The translations under genes were made by a program, and so were the position numbers. From contig JAQGDQ010000639.1 in assembly GCA_030141605.1 (NCBI GenBank), forward strand, positions 57,124 to 121,123: a stretch of DNA of 64,000 nt. Direction: 5' to 3'. Numbering within the stretch: the stretch's first letter is position 1; every line of letters starts with the position of its first letter. Positions 24,093 through 48,285 of the stretch are shown piece by piece. The notes under the pieces were generated by a model. That model worked only from the letters and a program-made list of their open reading frames with translations. It was not told the origin of the DNA and ran no database searches. This stretch comes from Tubiluchus corallicola (taxonomy: Eukaryota; Animalia; Priapulida).

Positions 24093-27000
24093 TTAGCCAA
24101 CTAGATAACCACTGAATATGTTGCGAACAGAGCTTGTGTGAATGTATTTACCAATATAAAATGTGGCATAAACTTCATCTCCTGTTTTTAGATTAGGAAT
24201 AACAGATAAGTAGTGAATTAATTTACTAGTTACAGAAGGCAATTTCAAAACTTGTTAATAAGTCTTTTATAGTTGCCATTCACCTATCTCATCCAAGGAA
24301 TTACTAAGTAATGAATGTGTTAGCATTGATGTAGACACAGTGGCTCATTGCAAACAGTTTACTAAACAAGCTTACCTGGATGAGTGAGATACGCAACAAA
24401 ATTCCCATTATGCGTAAGATGGGCAACAACACCTGATGAGCTACTGTTCACCCTTAGATTCACTTCAAATGGGTATATACCTGTGACAGGCGCTGTGAAT
24501 TTTCCTGTAAAGTAAAAAACCAGATTAATGTTTATGTCTTTATCTAATGTATAAATTTAATAAAAAAGCATTCAAAAGTTAATCCAAAGGTGCACTTATG
24601 TGGTCTTTGTGCTTTTGTTGTGTAATGTAATGTAAAATATGTACTATAGTAAATAAAATCTTAGCACACTGAAGAAAAATATGTGAAGAAAAAAGAAACA
24701 CTGGTGAGACTGCAGGAATGGAAAAGGAGGTGAATTTCAGGATTCAGTGTGGTTGGAATAACTGGCGAAAAGTTTCAGGGGTGATATGCGATAAGAGGAT
24801 TCCAGCGAGACTTAAGGGTAAAGTTCACAAAGCAGTGGTCAGACCCGCCCTAATATATGGGCTGGAAGCAGCACCTCTAAAGAAGACCGAGGAGAAGAAA
24901 ATGGATGTGGCGGAGATGAGGATGTTGAGATGGATGGTGGGAGTAACAAGAAGGGATAAAATCAGGAACAGTAATATTAGAGGAACAGTGAAAGTAGTGG
25001 AAGCCTCGAAAAAGATACAAGAGGCAAGATTGCGATGGTATGGGCACCTGACAAGAAGAGTCGGGGAAGATCACGTGGGAAGGGAGGTCATGGAAATGGA
25101 AGTGCTGGGAAATAGAAGAAGAGGACGACCCAAGCTGAGATGGTTCGAATGTATTAACGGAGACCTTAGAGAGAAGAACATAAATGAAGAGATGGTCAAC
25201 AACAGGAATGCATGGAGACGACTTATTCACAACGGCGACCCCGCATAGGGAAAAGCTGAGAAGAAGAAGACACTGAAGAAAAATATGTATTTAAAAATCA
25301 AAATATTGAACTGATGTCTATTTACAACAGAGGCAGGGAGGATGATACTGCAGCCCTAACAGAGTTGTGTTGCACGTTTATGCTTAAGCTAAATATTTAA
25401 GCTGAAACGATATTATTGATTCAGATAATTGAAATTAAATCGATTTATTATAAAGCACATTGTGTACACATGAGTATGAACAGAGCTGGATAAGAGAACA
25501 CCACTGACCACTGACAATCATCTACAGTACACCTTCCATTTTTATATGCCCCCTTTGTGCACGTGATTAGTTGTTTTTGCTACTAGACAGTCAGAATTTG
25601 TTTATCTGTTTTAGATAAAGGCACATTCACATGCATGCCTGAGAGGTTTTTCTGTATTCCCTTGCCAGCATTTAAGTTTAATCATCTATTAATTTCATTC
25701 TTTCTTTAATTTAATTTTAATTTTTGTCATCAGCCTAAGCACTGAGCTTGCTTTCCGTCCATGCCCCCTCAATCCAGACAAAGAAGTCCCCTCTTTGATT
25801 GGGATGAAGTGCGAAACACCTCCCTCAGAGTCTAAAATGCAAAGTAGACCAAAAAACTTAGTCTTAGCTCTAAACACTCATGCATAACAATTACTGAATT
25901 CAAAATTAACAGTTGAAAGCAGTCCCATGTTCTTGTTCAATAAAGTTAAAGTCAATCGTCGTATTTCACGTAACAACAGTTTTTTTATAACAGCGAATCG
26001 ACCCGGAAAACTTCCAAGTACGTCTCAGTTGTCTCTGTAAATGATGTAAAAATAAATGTAATCAGATCATCCGTCATCCCGTAAGCAATCCATATCATCT
26101 CCTTTTCTTAAATTTCTTAATGATTTTATTCATCAGTATCAATCATCATAGCTCGACAAGCAACAGAGACATCAACTGCAATAGTAAAGTGTGAACCAGT
26201 CTTTAGCCAGCCAATACAGTTTTGATACTACGGCTATAAGACCTTGGTTAGGTAGCTTACCTGTAAAAGACGAACGCTAGTACTCTTGAAAAATGAACAG
26301 GGAATTTCACGATTTTTCGTAACAAGTGCGGCATAAAAAATTTTCAACACAACATCTGCTGGTAATTTTCATAATGTAATTTGTGATTTCTGGTAAGGTA
26401 TGTTTTGCGTCAAAATATATTATTTTATGTAATTTTACAAAATACCTATAAAGTAATATAAGTTTTTAAGGCCATTTTCCGGAATGCAATATCGTATAAT
26501 ATACAGCCGAGTGCTCAGAAATCACTACTCGTATGCCTACGCATTTCCCGCGCTAATCGCTGTAATGCACCACAAACAGTTGTCCGACAGTCATTCTAGC
26601 GCAACACACCACAAGTAGTTGTCTGATGTCTGATAGTATAAATGTCAGCTCGGATTTTGCAAGATACTGTTGTGGAGATCTAGAATATTCTAGATTGTTC
26701 TATAGTATAGCTATTTTTGCAATCGTTCACTATGTGATGGACGATTATTTTCACATTTCAAAGATATCGTATTCAAATTTTTTATCTAATATAAAAAAAA
26801 CATTTAGTTTTTCAGAGAACTTGTTATTCTAATTGGTAAAATGTCACTGACTCACCCCCAGGACCAAAGCCGTATTTTTAATTTTATTGACAAGATACAG
26901 TAATTAAAACTGTGTATTGGATGGAAAATAGTAGTAGCTATTGTATTTGTGAGGGCATCTTAATTTGTACCCAGAACAAAAAATCTGCATCATATATAAA

Positions 27001-29511
27001 AATCAGCATCTTTGATAACTTCTTTTGTAAAGTTTCAAATGCAAATGTCACTTGAGCATGTCCCATGAGCAGTAACAACATTGACAACTTTAAGTTTTAA
27101 ACGAATAATTTGAACACCTTGCCGTGTTTGAACTTAGGGTTGGTCGGTGGTCAAAGTTACTCCAATTCACAAGGTTCGCAAAGCCCAGTTGTGAAGCTAA
27201 AAATGGGGCCACGAAAGAAAGCAAGTTAAGCAAAACAAATCGTTTTCATACGTTGATAAACAGGTATCGCAATTGTCTCACGTAAATAATTATATGAATT
27301 CAAGCAGCTGTCTGATTGTGAAATGAAGGGTTGTCTATCAGAAAGTTCGTCGTATGCTAATATAGGGCGTAGCTAGGGGCGAATTATGTCCCTTTGGAGC
27401 ACCTAGGCTAAATAAGTTTTGAGTATTTTATAAATCAAATTAGCACGTAGGCTTATGTAAACACAATCATAGCATATTTTTATAACCAGCATTATGACAA
27501 TTAAACAATAAAAATAAATATGAGTTTGTCATATTGATATCACTTCAGTCTAAGAAACAATTTAAAAGCTTTAACATTTGGAAAATTAAAATCGTTGTTT
27601 TATAAAAATTCTGAGATTCAAACATGCTGAACTAAAATCATTCATGTTGTCTATATTTGAAACGTAGTAAGTCAATGGATTGGGGCTGCAGGATTTACAG
27701 TTAGGGCCATGAACACATGCACGTACACACCCATGAACACACACACACACACCCCACACACGCATGCACGCACATACATACTTGTAACGTGCTTGTCAGC
27801 TTCCCACATTATTAGACTCGTAGTAGCTGACGTCATATGAGTGTGGTGTTTGTTCACTTAGTCTGTCAGTTGGTTGGTCATCCCAATTGCAGAGTTTAGA
27901 AAGAAAATACAAATCCCAATCACATTTAGTTTTGATTAAGTGAGATAATGCCGGTTGATCATCATACGCTACAGCAAGGACTAAATTATTTGGGCTGGCT
28001 TGTAGTTAGGCAAATAGGTACCCCTTCTTAGTTAGGTTTAGCTGTTATGCATTATTTGCCAATTAACTTGTCAGTTATTGACTTGATACTAAAAGTCCCG
28101 GACTTAAAGTGTTTGCTTATTTTGTGAACACGGTAAAATGAAATCATATTTAGCTCATTCAAAAGTACATGTAGTTTAATTTGTGTTTGACCAATGATAG
28201 TGTTTTTTACATATATTTTTTCGTTGTTGTTTAATAATCATTTCTACAAAAATTATGCAATTGATTGCTTGTGCTTTAGTTGCCTACGCATTGCCGTTTG
28301 CATTATCACAATGAGTACAACAGATTACTCCAAGCTAAATAAACTGCACATCCCACACCCCCAAACCACTCAGCTCATTAGACAGGCTCCCCATAGACTG
28401 CTTATAAGCTTGCCACTGTCTGGAGCTGAAAGGTAGATGATTGCCTCCCCCCTCTACTTTAGCTCGGTCAGGGCAGTCAAATTGTTTTCCAGTGACTACC
28501 TTCGACCAAACAACCTACCTCCAATAAAAAAATAATAACTAGTTGACAATTCAATTCATTCCAATTTTAATTTATTTATCTCTGTATAATACTACAATAA
28601 AACATGATTAATAAAAGAATCGCTAATAAGTTTTGAAGAATTTTTAAAATGCATAGATAGATCTAGAACTAGAGAAAGGATAGCGAAAAGACAATTCAAT
28701 TCAATTTTAATTTATTTATCCCTTTATAATACTACAATAAAACATGATTAATAAAAGAATCGCTAATAAGTTTTGAAGAATTGTTAAAATGAATAGAGTC
28801 ATCTAGAACTAGAGAAAGGATAGCGAAAAGACTATAAAGTCACCTAGTCTGCTATCCTTTACCGAATATAGATAAAATGATTTTTAGACACTGGTGGGCA
28901 TTAATGTTATCAGTTTAATTTAGGAAACATTAATAATTTTAAAATTATGACATTTGCTATATAATTAAGTAATACAGTGTAAAGAAAATACATGTAGTTT
29001 AATTTAGTGGGCAACAAAATAAGGTGAATCTTGATAAAACTAAAAATAGCATTTAGAATTTGAGTGCAAGACAGGTCTCTGAAGTGGTCAGAAACTGATA
29101 ATTGAAGATCGGTGCACCCACATCTGAGTTAACATTTCCTTGTAACTTTGTTATTGTTTCAATAAAAGCTAATTTATTTTTGGAGATTAAAAATGGGTAA
29201 TAATGATAATCAATACAACTGATTGTGAGAATTCCACACTATTATAGCAAGAAATTTTTAGCGACACCTGTGGTGTTTTCTCTTTCAGTTAATCTTGCCA
29301 GTTCTTTAATTTTGTGTGGAATGAGAACCATAAAATTTCAATAATATTTAGATGTTACGATGATAGAAGTCAATATTATATTATTTTCTTGTTGGGACGC
29401 ATTGTTAACATATGGAGAAACACATACCAGTAGAAGTAGAATATCCGTTTTCAAAATTGATGTGAGTCTTTGTGAATATTATAATAGCTCCAGTGTTTCC
29501 AGTTTTGCATT
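24093..29511 (-). CDS. C1q-domain-containing protein (C1qDC); 5' exons unresolved, possibly pseudogenic
   Basis: Exons 29428-29511 (CKTGNTGAIIIFTKTHINFENGYSTST-G), 24376-24504 (KFTAPVTGIYPF..HLTHNG) and ~24093-24250 (SVIPNLKTGDEVY...IFSGYLVG*) join in phase 1 and give the gC1q motifs. The last acceptor is weak. Confidence 0.7.
24685..25269 (+). mobile_element. 5'-truncated RTE-clade LINE, recent insertion
   Basis: Intact ORF EKEVNFRIQCGWNNWRKVSGVICD..RLRWYGHL..RGRPKLRW, (GAA)n tail, 19-bp TSD ACACTGAAGAAAAATATGT (24666-84 and 25270-88); empty site at ~22480. Confidence 0.93.
26355..26905 (+). mobile_element. Dispersed repeat (family B-related); second copy at ~30197-30800
   Basis: TCTGCTGGTAATTTTCA..GATTTCTGGTAAG...GACAAGATACAGTAA shared between the two loci. 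Confidence 0.75.
28546..28832. repeat. Tandem duplication of about 140 bp
   Basis: ACAATTCAATTC...AGAGAAAGGATAGCGAAAAG occurs twice in tandem. Confidence 0.8.
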
Positions 29512-30801
29512 CTGCAGGGATGAGAATTTTCCTTGGATACGCGGAATTCCGAGATTTTGGAAGACCAGTAGTACCATTTTTGTAAATCGCATAAATTCGT
29601 TGAGAAAATTTTTACGGACCCAGTACATTATTTCACAAGCTGACCGCTAGTTGGCAGGCCGTCACTTTGTTTACATCACGTACATCAGTGTATCCTCGTG
29701 TATATCTCTATGTATAAAAATAGTTATATACATATTTATTTGAGTCAGTTGCAGACAGTTTTTATATACTTTTGCGTAGGAGCAAATACATATACAGGCA
29801 TTTTCATGTATGTATCCAATTTTAAAAAGAAAATCTTTAAAGTTACCTTGTCCTAGTAAAATGCTACAAGATAGTTTTTCTAGCCTTCTGCTACCTGTAT
29901 TATTACGGAAGCAATTTGATAATCTGTGTTTTATTACATGACGCCATGATGAATGCTTTTTAGACTTAGTATCTATGGCATCAGAAAGTGTTAGTACCTT
30001 AGGGTGGTGCTGCCATCTTTTGGTAGTTTGCCTGTAAAATAATTTTCTTATTTCTTAAGCTGTTTACTGTGCTATTCAGGTATCAATTTACTGGGACTCA
30101 TCTGGTTTAGACTAGAGTTAAGGAGGTAGTTCTGTCTATTGTAAGATTTTCCTGTTGGACAGAAGTAATTCAGGTTTTTGCAGTGAAATGTTATAGTCTG
30201 CTGGTAATTTTCAAAATGTAATTTGTGATTTCTGGTAAGATATGTTTTGCGTCAAAATATATTATTTTGTGTAATTTTACAAAATACCTATAAAGTAATA
30301 TAAGTTTTTAAGGCCATTTTCCAGAATGCGATATCGTATAATATACAGCCAAGTGCTCAGAAATCATTACTCGTATGCATTGGCATTTGCCGCGCTAATC
30401 GTTGTAATGCACCACAAACAGTTGTACGACAGTCATTCTAGCGCAACACACCACAAGTAGTTGTCTGGTACTGCGCTATAAATGTCAGCTTGGATTTTGT
30501 GACATACTGTTGTGGAGATCGCCTAGCGTCTAGAATGTTCTGGAACGAAATGTTCTGGTTTTTTCTACGAGCATATTTTTGCAATCGTTCACGATGAAAT
30601 GGACGATTATTTTCATATTTCGAAGACATCGTATTCAAATTTTTTATCTAATATTCGTAATCCAGCATTCTGCTGACACAGAAACATAACAAAAAACATT
30701 AGTTTTTCAGTGAACATGTTATTCTAATTGGTAAAATGTCGCTGACTCACCCTCCAGGACCAAAACCCACATTTTTAATCTTATTGATCAGATACAGTAA
30801 C

Positions 30802-31460
30802 TTAAAGGACAAGAAAAGCTGTACCTGAAGTGGGTTTCAGAAAAACCGCCTTAAAATATTAAATTACTTTATAGCAATTTTATGCATGTATCATACTCGC
30901 GTTAAAAGGAATTTTTGTTTGTCTTCATGTATCTCCCGCAATACTGTTCCGAAGTCGAAATTATACAGACATCATATACGCACAACGTAATTCAGGAGAA
31001 GAAAAGAAAATGTTAAATTGTGTTATAAAAACATACAATGCAAATCTATATTACTTAGCATTTCGCTTACCTGCTGGAAAGACTCATGTTATGTGGAAAT
31101 AATAATTTAAAATGTTCGTGCCAATTTGGTAAAATGTTGCTGGTTCACCCTCCAGGGTGCACCACTCACCGAAAACGTATTTTTAATCTCACTGACAAGA
31201 CACAGTAATTTAAAATTCTACTTAGTTAGTAACATGTGTGCTACGAATGCTCTGATTATTTTTTCAAACGTTACTTAATGTTATCTAAACTTGTTTCAAA
31301 CGACTTACCATTAAAATATCTACGTCTAGCGGTCATCGCGGCCAGTTTAAATTTACAAGTTTTATACAGCGTTACTGCCGACGCAAGCGGAGGGTTTCCT
31401 TGTGCTTTAAATAAATTGTTTGTAGAAAGCATTTCATTGGCTTCGAATGCAGGGAATTTG
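30802..31460 (+). mobile_element. TTAA-AGG-type DNA transposon, family B (further copies at ~47070-47460 and ~51502-52070)
   Basis: TTAAAGGACAAGAAAAG..CCTGAAGT.GGTTTCAGAAAAA start shared with 51502; internal CGCAATACT.TTCCGA, CGCACAACGTAA and CTTACCTGCT blocks shared by all three. Confidence 0.75.
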
Positions 31461-31669
31461 GGAAGATACATTTCTGGCACAGTGATATATATTTTGGAAT
31501 AGCAAAAGACTGTGAAATGTGTCGATGACTGTTACATGGTTTTGATAATTAACTCTTATTGAGAATGACCAGAAAAAGATAACTAATGTTGCTATGGGGC
31601 TAAGAATGAATCACTTATATTCTTATAATTTGCCCCCCTCCCTCCCCATTGTCCATCTTTAATGGTTAT

Positions 31670-32195
31670 GATGGCTACATTACTGCCATCAATTTTATTT
31701 AAATGTTCTATACAATTATAGTTATTACTACAAGTATAATGTATAATTTAATCTCTTCTCCTGCACTTAAATTTGGGTACATATATGTGTATATGTATAT
31801 CATTGTATATGCAATATGGTGCATTGTAATGCAAACAAGTGGTGCATTGAATGATAATCACATAATTCATATTCGTAACTATTTTTAAAAAATGGTTCAC
31901 TCTTTAAGGCTCACTCAAAGTCGTAATTACATATTATGTTTTCCTTTTTCAACTTTCAGGTTTATTGCTCTTATACCATTGCTATTGTTACATCATTTAC
32001 TTCATCCTTATTTACATTACGTTATCTACAGAAGTATGCAAAACTATAATCATTTTTTCATCTAAGTAAGGTGAGTGTGTTAATGACCGTATGGTCGTGC
32101 ACTCACCTCGCACTACGCAAATTATTTGATTTAAAGTTTATTCATGTGTTTGATATTGTATTTTTTGATGAAATAAAATTCATAGTTCAATAGTC
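31670..32195 (+). mobile_element. Dispersed repeat, likely LINE/SINE 3' end with hairpin; copy at ~52855-53480
   Basis: Near-identical ~520-bp blocks; hairpin AGGTGAGTG..GACC.TATGGTC..CACTCACCT, AATAAA and a TTCATAG-type tail. Confidence 0.7.
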
Positions 32196-32349
32196 ATCGT
32201 TCAATAATGTTCTTATAATTTATGATGCTATTGAAAATGTAATGCTGTTTTTAGTTGTAAATTTGATCGAAAATGTGACAAACCATGTAAATAAATGAAT
32301 GTTTTGTAAATCAGAAAACAGAACACTTGCTTTGCACTCTTATGGAGCA

Positions 32350-32970
32350 TTTAAAGGAAGATTGGATGATTTTTCATGGACCGCCCCATTTTCAAGTCCG
32401 ATAAAAAGTATACATTTTAACGCAATTAATACTGCAAAAGCGTTTCTGATAATTAAATCATAGATTTAAAACTTAATTAACGGCGGGCGAGTTCAACTAT
32501 TGATGGCGTCACAAACTAAAATAATTTTCAACAGCGACAAGATACCACGACGGTGTTGCGCGTGTTTGTGAAAGCGAAAATTAAAGTGCACTGCTGCTGT
32601 AAGATATTCAGTGTATTGTACTAAAACTAGACAAGTTTTGAGATAAAAATTCAAACTTCGAATTTACTACTGTGCTAACGCATGGGCTGTCGAACGTGTG
32701 TAGTTCGTAAAAAACAATACATTTGAACTGAGAGGTACAGCACCTGTTTTTTGCGCAATGCGTTTCCGAAATGCAGGTGCTACTGCCCGTGTAACTAGCG
32801 AATAGCAAAATGCACGTGACAGCGAAGAACTAGTGATGTGATCGTGAAATTGTGTTTGTGTGGTAATAATTATTTCACGTAAGTCATCTTTGAAACAAAA
32901 TAGTATGTTTTCTTTCGATATTTTAAAGAGTAGATTGTTTTGATCTACCGTTTAAGATTGTGTCCGGTTT
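32350..32970 (+). mobile_element. Family A MITE copy
   Basis: Ends GTCCGGTTTTGATTTAA; aligns with 695-1275. Confidence 0.75.
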
Positions 32971-33067
32971 TGATTTAAGTTATTACTTTTTCAACTCTCA
33001 AGTTTCTTGTGTTTCATTTGACCATATTTTTTGTAAAGCAAAATCATAATTGCTTTCAGCGCACCTA

Positions 33068-33380
33068 TCAAAAACCTTACAAGTGCAATATGTGTGAGTC
33101 TATATGGTTTTAATTAAAAAACATACCAAAACTCACTGTATAATCATTAATCAAAATCATCTTGTAGAAAGTGTCAGTATCTTACTTATCAACCTTACAA
33201 GTGCAACACGTGTGAGTCTATATGCTTTTAATTAAAAAAACGTCAAAACTCACTGTATGATTATTAATCAAAATCATATTGTAGAAAATATCAGTATGTT
33301 ACTCATCAACCTTACAAGTGCAACACGTGTCAGCTTGAGATTAACTTTTCATTCAATTTAAAAAGTACACGAAACTTACT
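33068..33380 (+). pseudogene. Degenerate C2H2 finger remnant repeated three times (~117 bp)
   Basis: AACCTTACAAGTGCAA (KPYKCN.C) three times, each followed by a broken LKKH.KTH. Confidence 0.4.
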
Positions 33381-34386
33381 TCTGATCATTAAAGGTAATA
33401 AATTCTCACAAATTAAATAGCAACATCATCATCATCATACGCCCGTCACGTCTATTGCAGACATTGGGCAGGCAGAATTCTAAAATAAAAGAAATCTACA
33501 AATTTTTACTTGACGCAAAATCAACATTTGCTTCTACAGGAGGTCTACAGCTTTGACAGTTATTTGATCTACAATGAATCGACAGAATTTTTTAATACAA
33601 TAATTATATAACTGTCTAATATATAACTATAAATGTAAAACGGAACAAAAATGCTTACAAGCGGAGCAAATGTTTACAAAACTGAACAAAAAATGTTTGC
33701 AAGCAGAACATATGTTTACAAAACTGAACAAAAAATGTTTGCAAGCAGAACATATGTTTACAACACTACGTGTACATCATTAGCAAGTAGTAAAGAGTAA
33801 AATTACGCGAACCTTACCATAACAACAAATATTGTAGCGACGAAGAAATGTCATTTCTTTTCACCCTCTACCCCAAAAATTTTTATGGTTCGATCCTTTA
33901 CGAGGCCACTGTGTATCGACTTTTGCATGCCAGGTATAAAACTGCTGATACGGAATCACCTTGATAACTCACTTGATGCAAACTATATTCACTATGAGCC
34001 TTCTATAATTATGTGCTAAATTAGCTTAATTACATTTTGATTAATATGCGACGGCTTTAATAATTTACAATTGCTATGTTCTTGCTATGACTACCAAAAA
34101 GTGATACAGTAGATACATCAAAAATAAACATACAGGCGAGTTTATGAAAAATAAGAATGCACACTTCAAAAATTAAAACCTGAAAAGACATTTACAAGAT
34201 AACCTGAAAAATTCCATGTCCATTTTCACTCTACTTTCCTCTTAACTCAAACTAATATGTACAGTAGTAACATTTCTAAGTACATTATGTTTAAAATTCA
34301 GTTTTTAAACTAAAAACGCGTCTCTTAACAAAACCTAGCAGCAGCTTATTGATTTGAATTCTATCGATAGTTCCACAGCAAACTTC

Positions 34387-45122
<10,736 letters not shown>

Positions 45123-45399
45123 CTATACAAGACAGCTGTATGAGTGTTCACCGTCACACTGTGGCTAGGTGGAATCGGACAAGCTGCCAAGGGTGGCGCT
45201 GTGTGCAAAATCATGAAATGTGAAAAAAAGTGTTTATCGTTAGATTTATTAGATTTATTTCCCAAGAAACATATACATATACATTACATTACATGTGCAT
45301 CAGGTTTTGTTAATACAAAAATATGATAAAATTCATGAATTCTGCGCTAGAGACCTAGGAAGCTAGCTTATGGTAGGCCACTAGAATTAGTTACGAAAA

Positions 45400-45745
45400 A
45401 AATTACAATATATACAGGTACAACATTACAATATATACAAATATAAATATAAATACGGGTGGGAAGTATTAAGAATTTTATTATACTATACAGTTTTGAA
45501 AATGAAAAATAACAAATCAAGATTGAGTCATCAGTTATATGTTTCAAGTAAGTTTAATTTATATATTTTTTAAATATGGAAAATGAGTTGATATTTTTAA
45601 TAGCTGGAGCAATTGAATTCCATATGTAAGGGCCATTGTGTTTAATAGAAAATTTTCTAACATTAGTGTTGCACTGTATGTAGTGATAGTGCAGCCTATA
45701 ACGTGTGCCGTAATTATGTATCTCAGCATTCAAACAATAATTAAC
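45400..45745 (-). mobile_element. CR1/L2-type LINE 3' fragment
   Basis: Minus strand reads HNYGTR...CNTNVRKFSIKHNGPYIWNSI..IKN..S..IFK. Confidence 0.6.
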
Positions 45746-47689
45746 AGTGTTTGATAATTAACAGTAATTATTTGACAAGAGTAGCTAAATTTGGGGTAAA
45801 ATAGTTTTGCAGCCTCCAAACAGTGATTCGGTCAGTCTAACAAAATGTCAATAAAGAAATTATTCGGTCACTCAGTGAATCAGTCAGTTTGCCAAACGAT
45901 CGCTTATCTAGACTGCTAATTAGTCTCTTTATCATACTATCAACCACTAATTAGGCAAGTCGTTAATGAGCTGCCCGTGCGTGAATGATAGTAGTATAGT
46001 TGGAAAGTGGGCATTACAAAGGGAAGTTCTTTTGAAAAATGCGTGCGCACCCACACCTACACGCACGCTCGCACACAGAAATGCGTAGCGCATAAATTGT
46101 GCTAGACGTTTTGCTAAATTGTCAAAATCATTGTTATGTCTGTTATGCGTTGTCAAACTTGACAGAGCTAAACAAACAATCTTAATCTTAAAATTAATCC
46201 TAATGCTAATCTCAATCTTAATCTTAAACTTAATCTTAGTGTTAATCTCAGTGTTAATCTTAAACTTAATCTCAATCTTAATTTTAATCTTAACGTAAAA
46301 GGGATGAAGTAAGTGGACAGCCAAACGATGTGATTTAACTAAAACTAGATCGCAATGTTTGAGAGAATCATAATGTGAAATTATGGAAACAGTTATTAAC
46401 TCTTTAAAGCGCAATAGATTTTGCTTTATAGGTATTGCTTTAGATACTGTAGATATTGCTTTAAAGCAATTCTACTTTGGAATTCTCTACCATTACAGGT
46501 TAAACAGACCAGGTCCCTATCAGCATTTAAAACAAAATTAAAATCACTAATATTAACCGGATATGAAATACCATCACACCAGTACGACAACATACACACT
46601 AATTCAGAATTTATATATCCACGGCCATAATGATTAAATCATCATTTTTTCATTTTTTTGTACATAGTTGAAAATATGTTTGATTTTATTCGTCGTTACT
46701 TTCCATTACTGCACAGTAGTTTAGATTGCACTGACGCATTTGCCTTTAGCAGTGTAAGTTTTTATTAACTAACACTGATTGATCATCTCTGTAAAGTTTT
46801 TATCAGTGATTATCAATGTACTTTAATGGCAAATAAAGATTATTATATATATATATAGGATTTCGTAATGCATTTTATCCTGAACAATAAAAAATTAACT
46901 AATTACATTTATTAATGATATAATTTTTTGCAAATCGTGATAATGATACTTACTAGAGATGTGAAATTTGACAAACACGATCAGTCTACTTACGTGCTCT
47001 TGGTGTCTGAAACGTAAAATAAAAATTCTATTAAAAGTAAAATTCGTTTCAATCCACTAATCTCCTGCAATTAAATCGCGTTAAAAATGATATTACTTTA
47101 CAGCGATTTCATGCATATATCGTACTCACATTGAAAGAATTTTTTGTTTGTTTTTATTTTGAATCTCCCGCAATACTGTTCCGACCGCGCCATTACATGA
47201 CGTCATGTACGCACAACGTAAATTAGGGAAGAAAAAGAAATATTTAACTTTGTCACAAAAGCTTTCCATGCAGAGTTCCGTTATTTAAAATTTCGCTTAC
47301 CTGCTTGATACACTTGTGTAACTAGAAATAATAATTTAAAATGTTTGTGCCAATTGATAAAATGTCATTGACTTACCTCCAGGGTGCACCACTTACTAAC
47401 CAAAAAACGTAGTTTTAATCTTATTGACAAGATGCAGTAATTAAAAATTTTACGTAGCTAGTTCTATTTCTTGTTGAATTCTTTGCTAACCTGTCAAGGT
47501 GCAGAATTCGTAAATGAACAGTGAGTCAAAAAACGATCCGCGCGCCACAATAGCGTTGAACTACAGTATTAATATATTCTTTTTTTGGTCTTTTATAGAT
47601 TTTTTATAGAAATAGGGACTATTAGTCCCTCAAATAAGTCTAAAGCCCGCTGGAAAGGCAACGGCAGGAAAGAGATGGAAAGAGAAGTT

Positions 47690-47726
47690 CCGGGAGAAGG
47701 AGAGAGAGGGGTAGACAAGGGAGAAA

Positions 47727-47764
<38 letters not shown>

Positions 47765-48037
47765 GGAGAGAAAGAGAGAGAGAGAGCGAGAGAGAAAAAG
47801 AGAGACAGAGAGAGAGAGAGAAGAAAAGAGAGAAAGAAAGAGATAGAATAAAAGAGAGAGGGAGAGAGGGAAAAAAGATTAAAGAGAGGGAGAGAGTGAA
47901 AAAAGAGAGAGCGAGAAAGAAAAAGAGAGAGAGACAGAGAGAGAAACAAAAGAGAGAGTGAGAGAGAAAAAGAAAGAGAGAGAGAAAGAGAGACAGAGAG
48001 AAAGAGAGAGAGAGGGGAGAGAGGGAGAGGGAGAGAC

Positions 48038-48076
<39 letters not shown>

Positions 48077-48285
48077 AAAGAAAGAGAGAGAATAAAAGAG
48101 AAAGGGAGAGAGAGAGAGAAAAAAGGAGAGAGCGAGAGAGAAAGAGAGAGAGAGAGAGAAAGAGAGACAGAAAGAAAAAGAAGGAGAGAAAGAAAGAGAA
48201 TAAAAGAGAGAGGGAGAGAGAAAAAGAGAAAGGGAGAGAAAACGACAAAAAGAGAGAGATAGGGAAATAAACAAAGAGAGAGATA
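47690..48285. repeat. Degenerate (GA)n tract
   Basis: Visible directly. Confidence 0.9.

Noticed and set aside
26255-26340. C1q exon ending ACA G|GTAAGC
   Set aside because: In-frame TAG a few codons upstream; exon 29428-29511 fits the C1q motif properly.
29848-30030. Two small minus-strand exon candidates for the C1q 5' end
   Set aside because: Splice sites are plausible, but phases conflict and the VAFY-like frame contains a stop; left unresolved.
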